Shown here: piece by piece, positions 1 through 6,637 of the stretch | How the letters are laid out: each line of letters opens with the position of its first letter | Position numbering within the stretch: the stretch's first letter is position 1 | IMG/VR virus record: IMGVR_UViG_2651869755_000020 | DNA: 18,083 bases | Source: a virus | Taxonomy: Duplodnaviria > Heunggongvirae > Uroviricota > Caudoviricetes | Direction: 5' to 3' (one strand) | Program-made: the position numbers and the translations under genes | The notes under the pieces: generated by a model | What the model was told of the DNA's origin: nothing | Databases searched by the model: none | Seen by the model: the letters and a program-made list of their open reading frames with translations, nothing else

Positions 1-162
1 CCAGAGCCTGAGCCATTTGAAAATAACATTATCATTGACGCCATTTTCACGTGCAATCTGTGCAACACAAGCTCCAGGTTGTGATGCCAGTTCCACCATA
101 CGAAGTTTGAATTCATTCGAATAGTTTTTACGAGGTTCTTTTCGCCAGTCCTGTAATTCCAT
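1..162 (-). CDS. IS-type transposase helper protein (HTH_Tnp_1 / IS66-family TnpA-like), N-terminal 54 codons only; gene continues past the left window edge
   Basis: Reverse-strand ATG at 160-162 opens a frame translating MELQDWRKEPRKNYSNEFKLRMVELASQPGACVAQIARENGVNDNVIFKWLRLW, which stays open to position 1. The pattern (R.YS.EFK...V.....PGA.V..IAR..GV.DN....W) matches the helix-turn-helix OrfA/TnpA proteins of IS66/IS3-type elements as I recall them. Not in the supplied ORF track because it is truncated by the window edge. Confidence 0.45.
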   Translation of the reverse strand, partial: MELQDWRKEPRKNYSNEFKLRMVELASQPGACVAQIARENGVNDNVIFKWLRLW

Positions 163-215
163 ACTTAGATGTCCGTCTATATCAGATGGGCGTCTAAGTT
201 ACCAATTCTCGTCTG

Positions 216-1346
216 ATGGCTACATACGGCGGTCAGTTTACGCTTACTTTTAAAGCCGGTACTCATACCGATATGCACGGCAAAAAACTGCCGTTCACGC
301 CAGACGATCTTGCCGCCTGCGTGAAAGCCTATGACCCGTCCGTCCATGAAGCACCACTCGTGATTGGTCATCCCAGAACGGAAGACCCGGCGTGGGGCTG
401 GGTGAAAGCCCTGTCGCTCAGCGGCGTCGATCTGATGGCAGAGCCTGCCCAGCTGGACCCGCAGTTTGCTGAGATGGTCACCGACGGACGATTCAAAAAA
501 GTGTCCGCCTCTTTCTACCTCCCGGATTCACCGTCCAATCCGAAGCCCGGCGTGCTCTACCTTCGCCATGTGGGCTTTCTCGGGGCACAGCCACCTTCCA
601 TCAAGGGGCTGAAACAGGTGTCCTTCAGTGAGCAGGAAGAAGGTGTGGTGGAGTTCGCCGACTGGCAGGCCATCACGAATGCCTCCCTGTGGGGAAAGCT
701 GCGCGATTTTCTGATCGCCCGCTTCAGTCTGGACGAGGCAGAAAAAGTCCTGCCGGAATGGCAGCTCAACAGTCTGCGCGAAGAGGCGTACCGCGACACA
801 CTGTCGCAGGATGCAGCAGGTGCACAATTCAGTGAGACAGGCCCGGGGCCGTCTTCCGCAAGTAACGAGGAATCATCGATGACAAAAGAAGAGATTGAAA
901 CCCTTCAGGAGGAGAACCGCCGCCTGAAGCAGCAGGCTGCTGATCGCGATGCGCGTGATGCACAGGTCAGACAGGAGCAACTGCATAAGGACAATGTGGC
1001 CTTTGCAGAAAAACTGGTCGCAGAGGGCCGTCTGGCTCCCCGCGCCTCCTCCGTGGTGGTTGCCCTGCTGGATGCCGTCGCCGGTGGCGACAAGCCGGTG
1101 GAGTTTGCTGAGGGGGAAAGCCGCACACCGCTGGCCACCGCCTTTCGTTCATTGCTCTCCGACGGGGAGCCGGTGATGAATTTCGCCGAACAGGCCACAA
1201 AAGAGCGTGTCGGCGACACGGTGAAGGTGGATGTGGCAGAGTTTGCGGAAGCCGATCCTGAGCGTCTGGCCCTGCATCAGAAAGCAGTGGCCCTGTCCAA
1301 AAAAGAAGGCATCAGCTATGAGGCTGCTGTCGCACGCTGCCTGTAA
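216..1346 (+). CDS. prohead protease / scaffold protein (Mu gpI-like)
   Basis: 376-aa ORF directly upstream of the major head gene. C-terminal third is strongly charged and coiled-coil-like (EEIETLQEENRRLKQQAADRDARDAQVRQEQL), typical of scaffold domains fused to a protease. No obvious Shine-Dalgarno before the ATG at 216, so the exact start is uncertain. Confidence 0.7.
   Translation: MATYGGQFTLTFKAGTHTDMHGKKLPFTPDDLAACVKAYDPSVHEAPLVIGHPRTEDPAWGWVKALSLSGVDLMAEPAQLDPQFAEMVTDGRFKKVSASFYLPDSPSNPKPGVLYLRHVGFLGAQPPSIKGLKQVSFSEQEEGVVEFADWQAITNASLWGKLRDFLIARFSLDEAEKVLPEWQLNSLREEAYRDTLSQDAAGAQFSETGPGPSSASNEESSMTKEEIETLQEENRRLKQQAADRDARDAQVRQEQLHKDNVAFAEKLVAEGRLAPRASSVVVALLDAVAGGDKPVEFAEGESRTPLATAFRSLLSDGEPVMNFAEQATKERVGDTVKVDVAEFAEADPERLALHQKAVALSKKEGISYEAAVARCL
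879..1346 (+). CDS. possible nested in-frame scaffold protein (Mu Z-like internal initiation)
   Basis: In-frame ATG at 879 preceded by GAGG at 867-870 (8-nt spacing). It sits exactly at the start of the charged coiled-coil segment (MTKEEIETLQEENRRLK...). Mu I/Z and lambda C/Nu3 use the same nested arrangement. Confidence 0.35.
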   Translation: MTKEEIETLQEENRRLKQQAADRDARDAQVRQEQLHKDNVAFAEKLVAEGRLAPRASSVVVALLDAVAGGDKPVEFAEGESRTPLATAFRSLLSDGEPVMNFAEQATKERVGDTVKVDVAEFAEADPERLALHQKAVALSKKEGISYEAAVARCL

Positions 1347-1360
1347 TTTAAGGAGAGAGC

Positions 1361-2314
1361 ATGTCTGATTACTTAAAAGGTAAACGTGTCGTTGATCCGG
1401 TACTGACCAGTATCGCCCGTGGCTATAAAAATGCCGCATTCATCGGCGAACGTATTTTCCCCGTCGTGCTGACGGACAAGGAAGGCGTGCGTGTACCGAC
1501 CTTCGGGAAAACCGCCTTTGTGGAATATGACACCGAGCGTGCCGTCGGGGCGGACAGCAATGTTCTGGTCCGTGAAAAAACAGGCACGCTGGACCTGGTG
1601 CTGGGTGAACACGATCTGGCTGCGCCGGTGGACTATCGCGAGCAGGCGGAGTCCATGTTTAACGAAGAGAGCAAGGCCATCCGTCGCGCCACGAATGGCG
1701 TGAACCTGCGCCGTGAACTTATCGCTGCCCGTCTGGCTCAGGATGAAAAGGTCTACCGTACCGGGCACGTCAAAAAACTGACAGCCAGTGATCGCTGGGC
1801 CGGTGGTAAGGGGGACCCCATCGGGGTGATTGAAGCCGGTATGGAAGCGGTCCGTACGGCCACGGGGCTGCGTCCTAACCTGATGACCATGGGGGCCGGC
1901 GTGATGGCGCTGCTGAAGTTCCACCCGGCGATTCAGGCCGCCATCGGAGCCAACGAACGCAAGCGCATCACCACAGAAATCCTGCAGGACCTCTTTCAGA
2001 TCGAAGAGATCGTCATCGGTGCCCCAGTCTCCCTGCCGTCCATGAAAGCGGCAATGGATAAGAACAGCGTGCCGGCGGATATCTGGGGAGACAATCTGAT
2101 GCTGCACTATGTCGGCAAACCGCAGCCGGGGGCGGACAGCGCGGACGAGAACGAGCCGTCCTTCGGCTACACCCTGCGTCGTAAGGGGATGCCTGTTGCC
2201 GACAAATACGACGGAGCCGGTGGCAAGGTGAAGTACTGCCGTTATACCGATATCTACAAAGTCGCCGTGGTTGGTGGCGATGCCGGGTATCTCATTACCG
2301 GTATCAGTAAATAA
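1361..2314 (+). CDS. major capsid (head) protein, Mu gpT-like
   Basis: 317-aa ORF with AAGGAG RBS upstream of the ATG at 1361, immediately after the protease/scaffold gene. Size and position match Mu-type major head subunits. Family assignment from recollection, not searched. Confidence 0.75.
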   Translation: MSDYLKGKRVVDPVLTSIARGYKNAAFIGERIFPVVLTDKEGVRVPTFGKTAFVEYDTERAVGADSNVLVREKTGTLDLVLGEHDLAAPVDYREQAESMFNEESKAIRRATNGVNLRRELIAARLAQDEKVYRTGHVKKLTASDRWAGGKGDPIGVIEAGMEAVRTATGLRPNLMTMGAGVMALLKFHPAIQAAIGANERKRITTEILQDLFQIEEIVIGAPVSLPSMKAAMDKNSVPADIWGDNLMLHYVGKPQPGADSADENEPSFGYTLRRKGMPVADKYDGAGGKVKYCRYTDIYKVAVVGGDAGYLITGISK

Positions 2315-2323
2315 GGAGGCGTT

Positions 2324-2662
2324 ATGGGAACCACTCAGCAGGTCATTCTGATCACAACCGTAACGGCAGGGGCAGCACTGGCACAGCAGCGTTTTGTCGG
2401 GGCAGATAATACCCCCTGTAAAGCCGGTGCCGCAGCGCTCGGGGTTGCCGAAGTGGATGCTGTTACCGGCGACAGCACGCCGGTGAGCGTTCTGGGCATT
2501 ATTGCTGTCGAGGCCGGGGCCGCTGTCAGCCGTGGTGTGGCTGTTCAGTCAGATGCTCAGGCCAGAGCCGTGCCGCAGTCCGGCGACGGTAAATCCTGTG
2601 GTATTGCACTTGATGAAGCCGGGGGTGAAGGCGACGTCATTCGTATCCTGCGCGGGGTGTGA
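2324..2662 (+). CDS. small head-associated protein (Ala/Gly/Val-rich; hypothetical, possible decoration or head-completion protein)
   Basis: 112-aa ORF with AAGGAGG RBS 6 nt upstream, 9 bp after the capsid gene stop. Composition is Gly/Ala/Val-rich. Function not recognised with confidence. Confidence 0.55.
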   Translation: MGTTQQVILITTVTAGAALAQQRFVGADNTPCKAGAAALGVAEVDAVTGDSTPVSVLGIIAVEAGAAVSRGVAVQSDAQARAVPQSGDGKSCGIALDEAGGEGDVIRILRGV

Positions 2663-2663
2663 C

Positions 2664-3110
2664 ATGTACTGCACCCTGGAGGATTTGCTTGCGCAGGTGC
2701 CGGAGCGGACGCTTATCGAACTCACCAGTGAAGAGATGGACTTCGACTCGCCTGCAACAGTGAATACCCGTGTGGTGGACAGCTGTATCCGCTATGCCGA
2801 CGAGCTGATTGATGCCCATCTGCGCGGACGCTATATCCTGCCACTGGCAGAGATACCGACTGTTCTGCGGGACATTGCCATCACGCTGGTCCGTTACCGG
2901 CTCTACGCCCGCCGCCCGGAAGGTGACCTCCCGGATACGGTGAAGGATGACCACAAAGAAGCGCTGCGGCAACTCAGGGAGTTACGTGATAACAGGCTCA
3001 CGCTGGGGCTGCCGTCCACTCAGAAAGATGTGCCTGAGCCTGGCGAGTTTCGTGTACGCAGTCGCCCGGCCACTTTCGGCGGTCGTGACGGTTTACTGGA
3101 GAAATACTGA
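2664..3110 (+). CDS. head-tail joining / neck protein (Mu gp36-position, DUF1320-like)
   Basis: ATG at 2664 lies 1 nt after the upstream stop (2660-2662) and is in frame with the track ORF 2502..3110. The earlier start would overlap the preceding gene by 160 bp, so the 148-aa version is preferred. Position matches Mu neck genes. Confidence 0.55.
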   Translation: MYCTLEDLLAQVPERTLIELTSEEMDFDSPATVNTRVVDSCIRYADELIDAHLRGRYILPLAEIPTVLRDIAITLVRYRLYARRPEGDLPDTVKDDHKEALRQLRELRDNRLTLGLPSTQKDVPEPGEFRVRSRPATFGGRDGLLEKY

Positions 3111-3574
3111 TGAACGTTCTGCCCGTCCTTGATGCGGTGCTGGCCCGGTTACGCGAGAAGCTGCCGCAACTGCAGGTGGAGTACTTCCCGGAGAAACCGG
3201 CTGAATATCGCCTGAACCATCCGGTTGGCGCGTTGCTGCTGAGCTATGCCGGTTCGCGCTTTGACAGGCCGGATGATACCGGTGCGGTGATCCAGTCTCA
3301 GACTATCCAGCTCTGCGTCACGGTGGTCTTCCGCCAGCTCAACGGTAAAAAAGGGGCGATTAATGTCCTGGATGCTGTCCGCCGCATTCTCGGTGGCCAC
3401 ACCCCGCCCGGGTGCCGCTGCCGTATCTGGCTGACCCGCGAGGTGTTTATCGGTGAAGTCAGGGGGCTGTGGCAATACGCCCTCGACTTCGCGACTGAAA
3501 GCATCTTTATCGAAGACAGCGATTTACCGTCCGGCCCGCTGTTAACCGAAGTGAACTATGAGGAAAGCGAGTGA
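3110..3574 (+). CDS. head/neck completion protein (Mu gp37-position)
   Basis: 154-aa ORF whose ATG overlaps the upstream stop (ATGA-type overlap at 3108-3112), indicating translational coupling within the operon. Confidence 0.55.
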   Translation: MNVLPVLDAVLARLREKLPQLQVEYFPEKPAEYRLNHPVGALLLSYAGSRFDRPDDTGAVIQSQTIQLCVTVVFRQLNGKKGAINVLDAVRRILGGHTPPGCRCRIWLTREVFIGEVRGLWQYALDFATESIFIEDSDLPSGPLLTEVNYEESE

Positions 3575-3825
3575 TGAAAGAATACCGCTATTCCGGCCCG
3601 GCCAGCGGCGTCACGCTGTCGGACGGAACCGAAATCCTGCTCTGGCCGGGGAAGACGGTTTCCCTGCCGGAGGAGCATGACTACGTGAAGGTACTGGTGG
3701 CGCTGAAGCATCTGACGCCGGTACCAGAAGATACTAAACCCGCCGTCACACCGGCTGTGCAGTCACCAAAGCGCAGAAGCAGCAGTGACAGCGAAGTGAA
3801 AACGGAGGACGCCCATGGCAGCTAA
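3574..3825 (+). CDS. small phage protein of unknown function (Mu gp38-position)
   Basis: ATG at 3574 with AGGAAA/GAGG upstream, overlapping the upstream stop. The track starts it at GTG 3571. C-terminal tail is Ser/Lys/Glu-rich. Overlaps the sheath gene start by 11 nt. Confidence 0.5.
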   Translation: MKEYRYSGPASGVTLSDGTEILLWPGKTVSLPEEHDYVKVLVALKHLTPVPEDTKPAVTPAVQSPKRRSSSDSEVKTEDAHGS

Positions 3826-5242
3826 CTATCTGCATGGTCCCGAAACCATTGAGGTGGAAAACGGAGCCCGCCCGGTTAAAACGGTGAAATCTGCCGTTAT
3901 TGGCCTGATTGGTACCGCCCCGATGGGGGATGTCAATACGCTGGTACAGTGCCTGTCTGAGAAAGACGCAGCGGCATTTGGCAGCCAGTTCACCGGCTTT
4001 ACCATTCCGCAGGCGCTGGATGCGATTTATGACCATGGTGCAGGCACCGTTCTGGTCATTAACGTCCTCGACCCGGCGAAACATAAAACGGCGATCGAGG
4101 ATGAGGTGGTTACCTTTGACAAATCGACAGGGCAGGCCAGACTGGCGCATCCGGTTGTCGCTAATGTGGTGGTGAAAAACAGTGAAGGCAGCACCACCCA
4201 CACGGCGAACACGGACTACCGTGTTGATGCGCAGGCGGGTGTGCTCACGAACCTGGGCAAGGCTATTGAGGCCGGTGGCAGCGTGAAGGTGAGCTATGAG
4301 TACGCGGACCCGTCGAAGGTGACTGCGGCGGACATCATCGGCGGGGTGAACAGCGCCGGAAACCGAACCGGCATGAAGCTGCTTAACGACAGCTTCAACC
4401 TGTACGGCTATTTCGCCAAAATTCTGATTGCGCCGGTGTTCTGCACCCAGAAGAGTGTCGCAGTTGAGCTTATCGCCATGGCAGAGAAGCTGGGCGCGGT
4501 AACCTACATTGATGCGCCTGTCGGTACCACCTTTGCACAGGCTCTGGCAGGTCGTGGCCCGGAAGGCACCATCAACTTCAATACCAGCTCCGACCGCGTC
4601 CGTCTGTGCTATCCGCATGTGAAGGTATATGACCCGGTGACAAACACAGAGCGTCTGGAGCCGCTCAGCCAGCGTGCAGCAGGTCTGCGTGCCAGAGTCG
4701 ATCTGGACAAGGGCTACTGGTGGTCATCCTCCAATCAGGAGATTCTGGGGATCACCGGCGTGGAGCGCCAGCTGTCCGCGATGATTGATGACCCGCAGAG
4801 TGAGGTGAACCTGCTTAACGAACAGGGGATCACCACGGTATTCAGCAGTTACGGCAGCGGCCTTCGTCTGTGGGGTAACCGGACGGCAGCATGGCCAACG
4901 GTCACCCATATGCGTAACTTTGAGAACGTTCGCCGCACCGGTGATGTGATCAACGAGTCCATTCGTTATTTCAGCCAGCAGTACATCGACATGCCGATTA
5001 CTCAGGCGCTGATTGATGCACTGACGGAGTCGGTCAACGCCTACGGTCGCAAAATGACTGGTGATGGTGCGGTACTGGGCTTCCGTTGCTGGTTTGATCC
5101 GGCCCGCAATCCGGAGACGGAGCTGGCCGCCGGGCACCTGTTGCTGAGCTACAAATATACGCCACCACCGCCGCTGGAGCGACTGACGTTTGAGACTGAG
5201 ATCACCTCGGAATACCTGTTAACCCTGAAAGGGGGCAACTGA
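3815..5242 (+). CDS. contractile tail sheath protein
   Basis: 475-aa ORF with GGAGG RBS at 3803-3807. Size and position (immediately before a roughly 170-aa tube gene) are diagnostic of myovirus sheath proteins. Confidence 0.85.
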   Translation: MAANYLHGPETIEVENGARPVKTVKSAVIGLIGTAPMGDVNTLVQCLSEKDAAAFGSQFTGFTIPQALDAIYDHGAGTVLVINVLDPAKHKTAIEDEVVTFDKSTGQARLAHPVVANVVVKNSEGSTTHTANTDYRVDAQAGVLTNLGKAIEAGGSVKVSYEYADPSKVTAADIIGGVNSAGNRTGMKLLNDSFNLYGYFAKILIAPVFCTQKSVAVELIAMAEKLGAVTYIDAPVGTTFAQALAGRGPEGTINFNTSSDRVRLCYPHVKVYDPVTNTERLEPLSQRAAGLRARVDLDKGYWWSSSNQEILGITGVERQLSAMIDDPQSEVNLLNEQGITTVFSSYGSGLRLWGNRTAAWPTVTHMRNFENVRRTGDVINESIRYFSQQYIDMPITQALIDALTESVNAYGRKMTGDGAVLGFRCWFDPARNPETELAAGHLLLSYKYTPPPPLERLTFETEITSEYLLTLKGGN

Positions 5243-5763
5243 TGTCAAAGATTGAGATAAACCGCATCACGAATGCCAACATCTATCTGGATGGTACTAA
5301 CCTGCTGGGACGGGCTGAGGAAGTCAAACTCCCCGATGTCTCCATGATTATGCAGGAACACAAGGCGCTGGGGATGGTGGGTAAGGTGGAACTCCCGGCT
5401 GGTTTTGACAAGCTGGAAGGCGAAATCAAATGGAACAGCTTTTACCGCGATGCGATGCTGTCTGCCGCGAACCCGTACAGGTCGCTGGCACTGCAGTGTC
5501 GTTCCAGCGTCCAGCGCTACAGCTCGCAGGGGCTGATTGACGAAATCCCGCTGGTCACCTTCCTGACGATTATGTTCAAGAAGAACCCGCTGGGGACGTT
5601 CAAACAGCACGAGAACGCCGAGTTCTCCAGTAGCTTCACCTGCACGTATATCAGACAGGTACTGGATGGTGAAGAGCTGCTGCAACTGGACTATCTGGCC
5701 AACATCTTCCGGGTCGGCGGTGTTGATCAACTGACTGACTACCGTATCAATATCGGGGGCTGA
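5242..5763 (+). CDS. tail tube protein
   Basis: 173-aa ORF whose start overlaps the sheath stop. Classic sheath-tube gene pair. Confidence 0.8.
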   Translation: MSKIEINRITNANIYLDGTNLLGRAEEVKLPDVSMIMQEHKALGMVGKVELPAGFDKLEGEIKWNSFYRDAMLSAANPYRSLALQCRSSVQRYSSQGLIDEIPLVTFLTIMFKKNPLGTFKQHENAEFSSSFTCTYIRQVLDGEELLQLDYLANIFRVGGVDQLTDYRINIGG

Positions 5764-5765
5764 CG

Positions 5766-6047
5766 GTGAGTGTTGAACTGACGGATAAAGGAGGACGATG
5801 TGCGGCACTGGGCATGTCAAATGGTACGTGGTTTACCCTCCTTGATATTCCGGGGGTGGAAACCCTTTTTAATACCCGTAAAACCAATGACCCGATTGAC
5901 TGCACACGTTCAAAGGCCCGCAAACTGGCGGATTTGATTGAAGCATGGGAGCCTCCCGACCACTGGTTCTCCGGCATCGGCAAATCTGAGGGAAAGACGC
6001 TTCTCATCGCTTTCCTGCGTAACTGCAAGGGGTTTCGCACTTGCTGA
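5766..6047 (+). CDS. small hypothetical protein (about 77-93 aa, four Cys); possible accessory (moron-like) gene between tube and chaperone
   Basis: ORF in operon orientation starting at GTG 5766 or in-frame ATG 5814 (AAGGAGGA at 5787-5794). Followed by a hairpin terminator candidate. No family recognised. A 97-aa ORF on the opposite strand covers the same DNA, so the coding strand is not certain. Confidence 0.35.
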   Translation: MSVELTDKGGRCAALGMSNGTWFTLLDIPGVETLFNTRKTNDPIDCTRSKARKLADLIEAWEPPDHWFSGIGKSEGKTLLIAFLRNCKGFRTC

Positions 6048-6053
6048 CATCAC

Positions 6054-6080
6054 AGGGGCTCCGGCCCCTTCTTCTTAATC
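6054..6080 (+). terminator. candidate intrinsic terminator (GC-rich hairpin AGGGGC-TCCG-GCCCCT followed by TTCTTCTT)
   Basis: Perfect 5-6 bp G/C stem at 6054-6069 followed by a T-rich run interrupted by C, directly after the small ORF stop at 6047. Confidence 0.4.
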
Positions 6081-6144
6081 TCCTTTAATATCCGTCACGC
6101 GCTTCTCCCGACATACTGCCCTGAACTTACACAGGAGCACAATC

Positions 6145-6480
6145 ATGTCACAGACCCCATCCGATACTTTTAAATTGTCTTATCCCTTCACCACTGCTGC
6201 AGGCACCAGAATTGAGCTGGTTGAACTGAAACGCCTGACGGTAAAAGACCTGAAGCAGGTGCGCAAAATCAGCAAAAACCCGGCAGACTGGGACGAACCG
6301 CTGATTGCCCGCAGTACTGGTCTTCTCCCGGAAGATCTCGACAATATGGATCTGGCTGATTACCTGCAGTTACAGAAACGATTTCAGCTCATCACGGGGA
6401 TGGGTGAGAGCAACCAGGGCGCTGACGCAGGCGCAGGGGCTGCTGGCGAGATGGTTCCGGTTTCAGCCGGGGGAGATTGA
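6145..6480 (+). CDS. tail assembly chaperone (position equivalent to lambda G / P2 E / Mu gp41)
   Basis: 111-aa ORF with AGGAG RBS 8 nt upstream, located between the tube and tape measure genes. Acidic protein, as expected for tape-measure chaperones. Confidence 0.6.
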   Translation: MSQTPSDTFKLSYPFTTAAGTRIELVELKRLTVKDLKQVRKISKNPADWDEPLIARSTGLLPEDLDNMDLADYLQLQKRFQLITGMGESNQGADAGAGAAGEMVPVSAGGD

Positions 6481-6562
6481 TGCCCTCGATACTGACGATC
6501 TGGAGATGTGGCTGGAGCAGGCTGAAGAGCAAATCAAAAGCGAGTACGGCGACAAATCATAG
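6305..6562 (+). CDS. overlapping second frame; candidate frameshift extension of the tail assembly chaperone
   Basis: Open frame overlapping 6305-6480 in the +1 frame relative to the chaperone and continuing 27 codons beyond its stop (...RFQPGEIDALDTDDLEMWLEQAEEQIKSEYGDKS). Protein-like acidic tail. Position matches the conserved chaperone frameshift of tailed phages. Confidence 0.35.
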   Translation: MPAVLVFSRKISTIWIWLITCSYRNDFSSSRGWVRATRALTQAQGLLARWFRFQPGEIDALDTDDLEMWLEQAEEQIKSEYGDKS

Positions 6563-6637
6563 TACAGACAGCCGCCAGTAGCGGCTGTTCTGCGTTATCC
6601 CCTCACGTCTTTTCACCTTCCCCGGAGGTTAACCACT

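Noticed and set aside
177-371. 64-aa reverse-strand ORF overlapping the start of the protease/scaffold gene
   Set aside because: It is out of frame with the IS-like transposase start (160-162), overlaps the forward gene, and has no recognisable features. Likely spurious.
2502-2663. Upstream start at 2502 for the neck gene (202-aa version)
   Set aside because: It would overlap the preceding gene by 160 bp in another frame. ATG 2664, one base after the upstream stop, fits operon organisation.
1373-4618. Long reverse-strand ORFs (1373..2107, 244 aa; 3746..4618, 290 aa) opposite the capsid and sheath genes
   Set aside because: Arg/Gly/His-rich low-complexity translations typical of antisense frames in GC-rich coding DNA. 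The forward genes have RBSs and operon-consistent overlaps.
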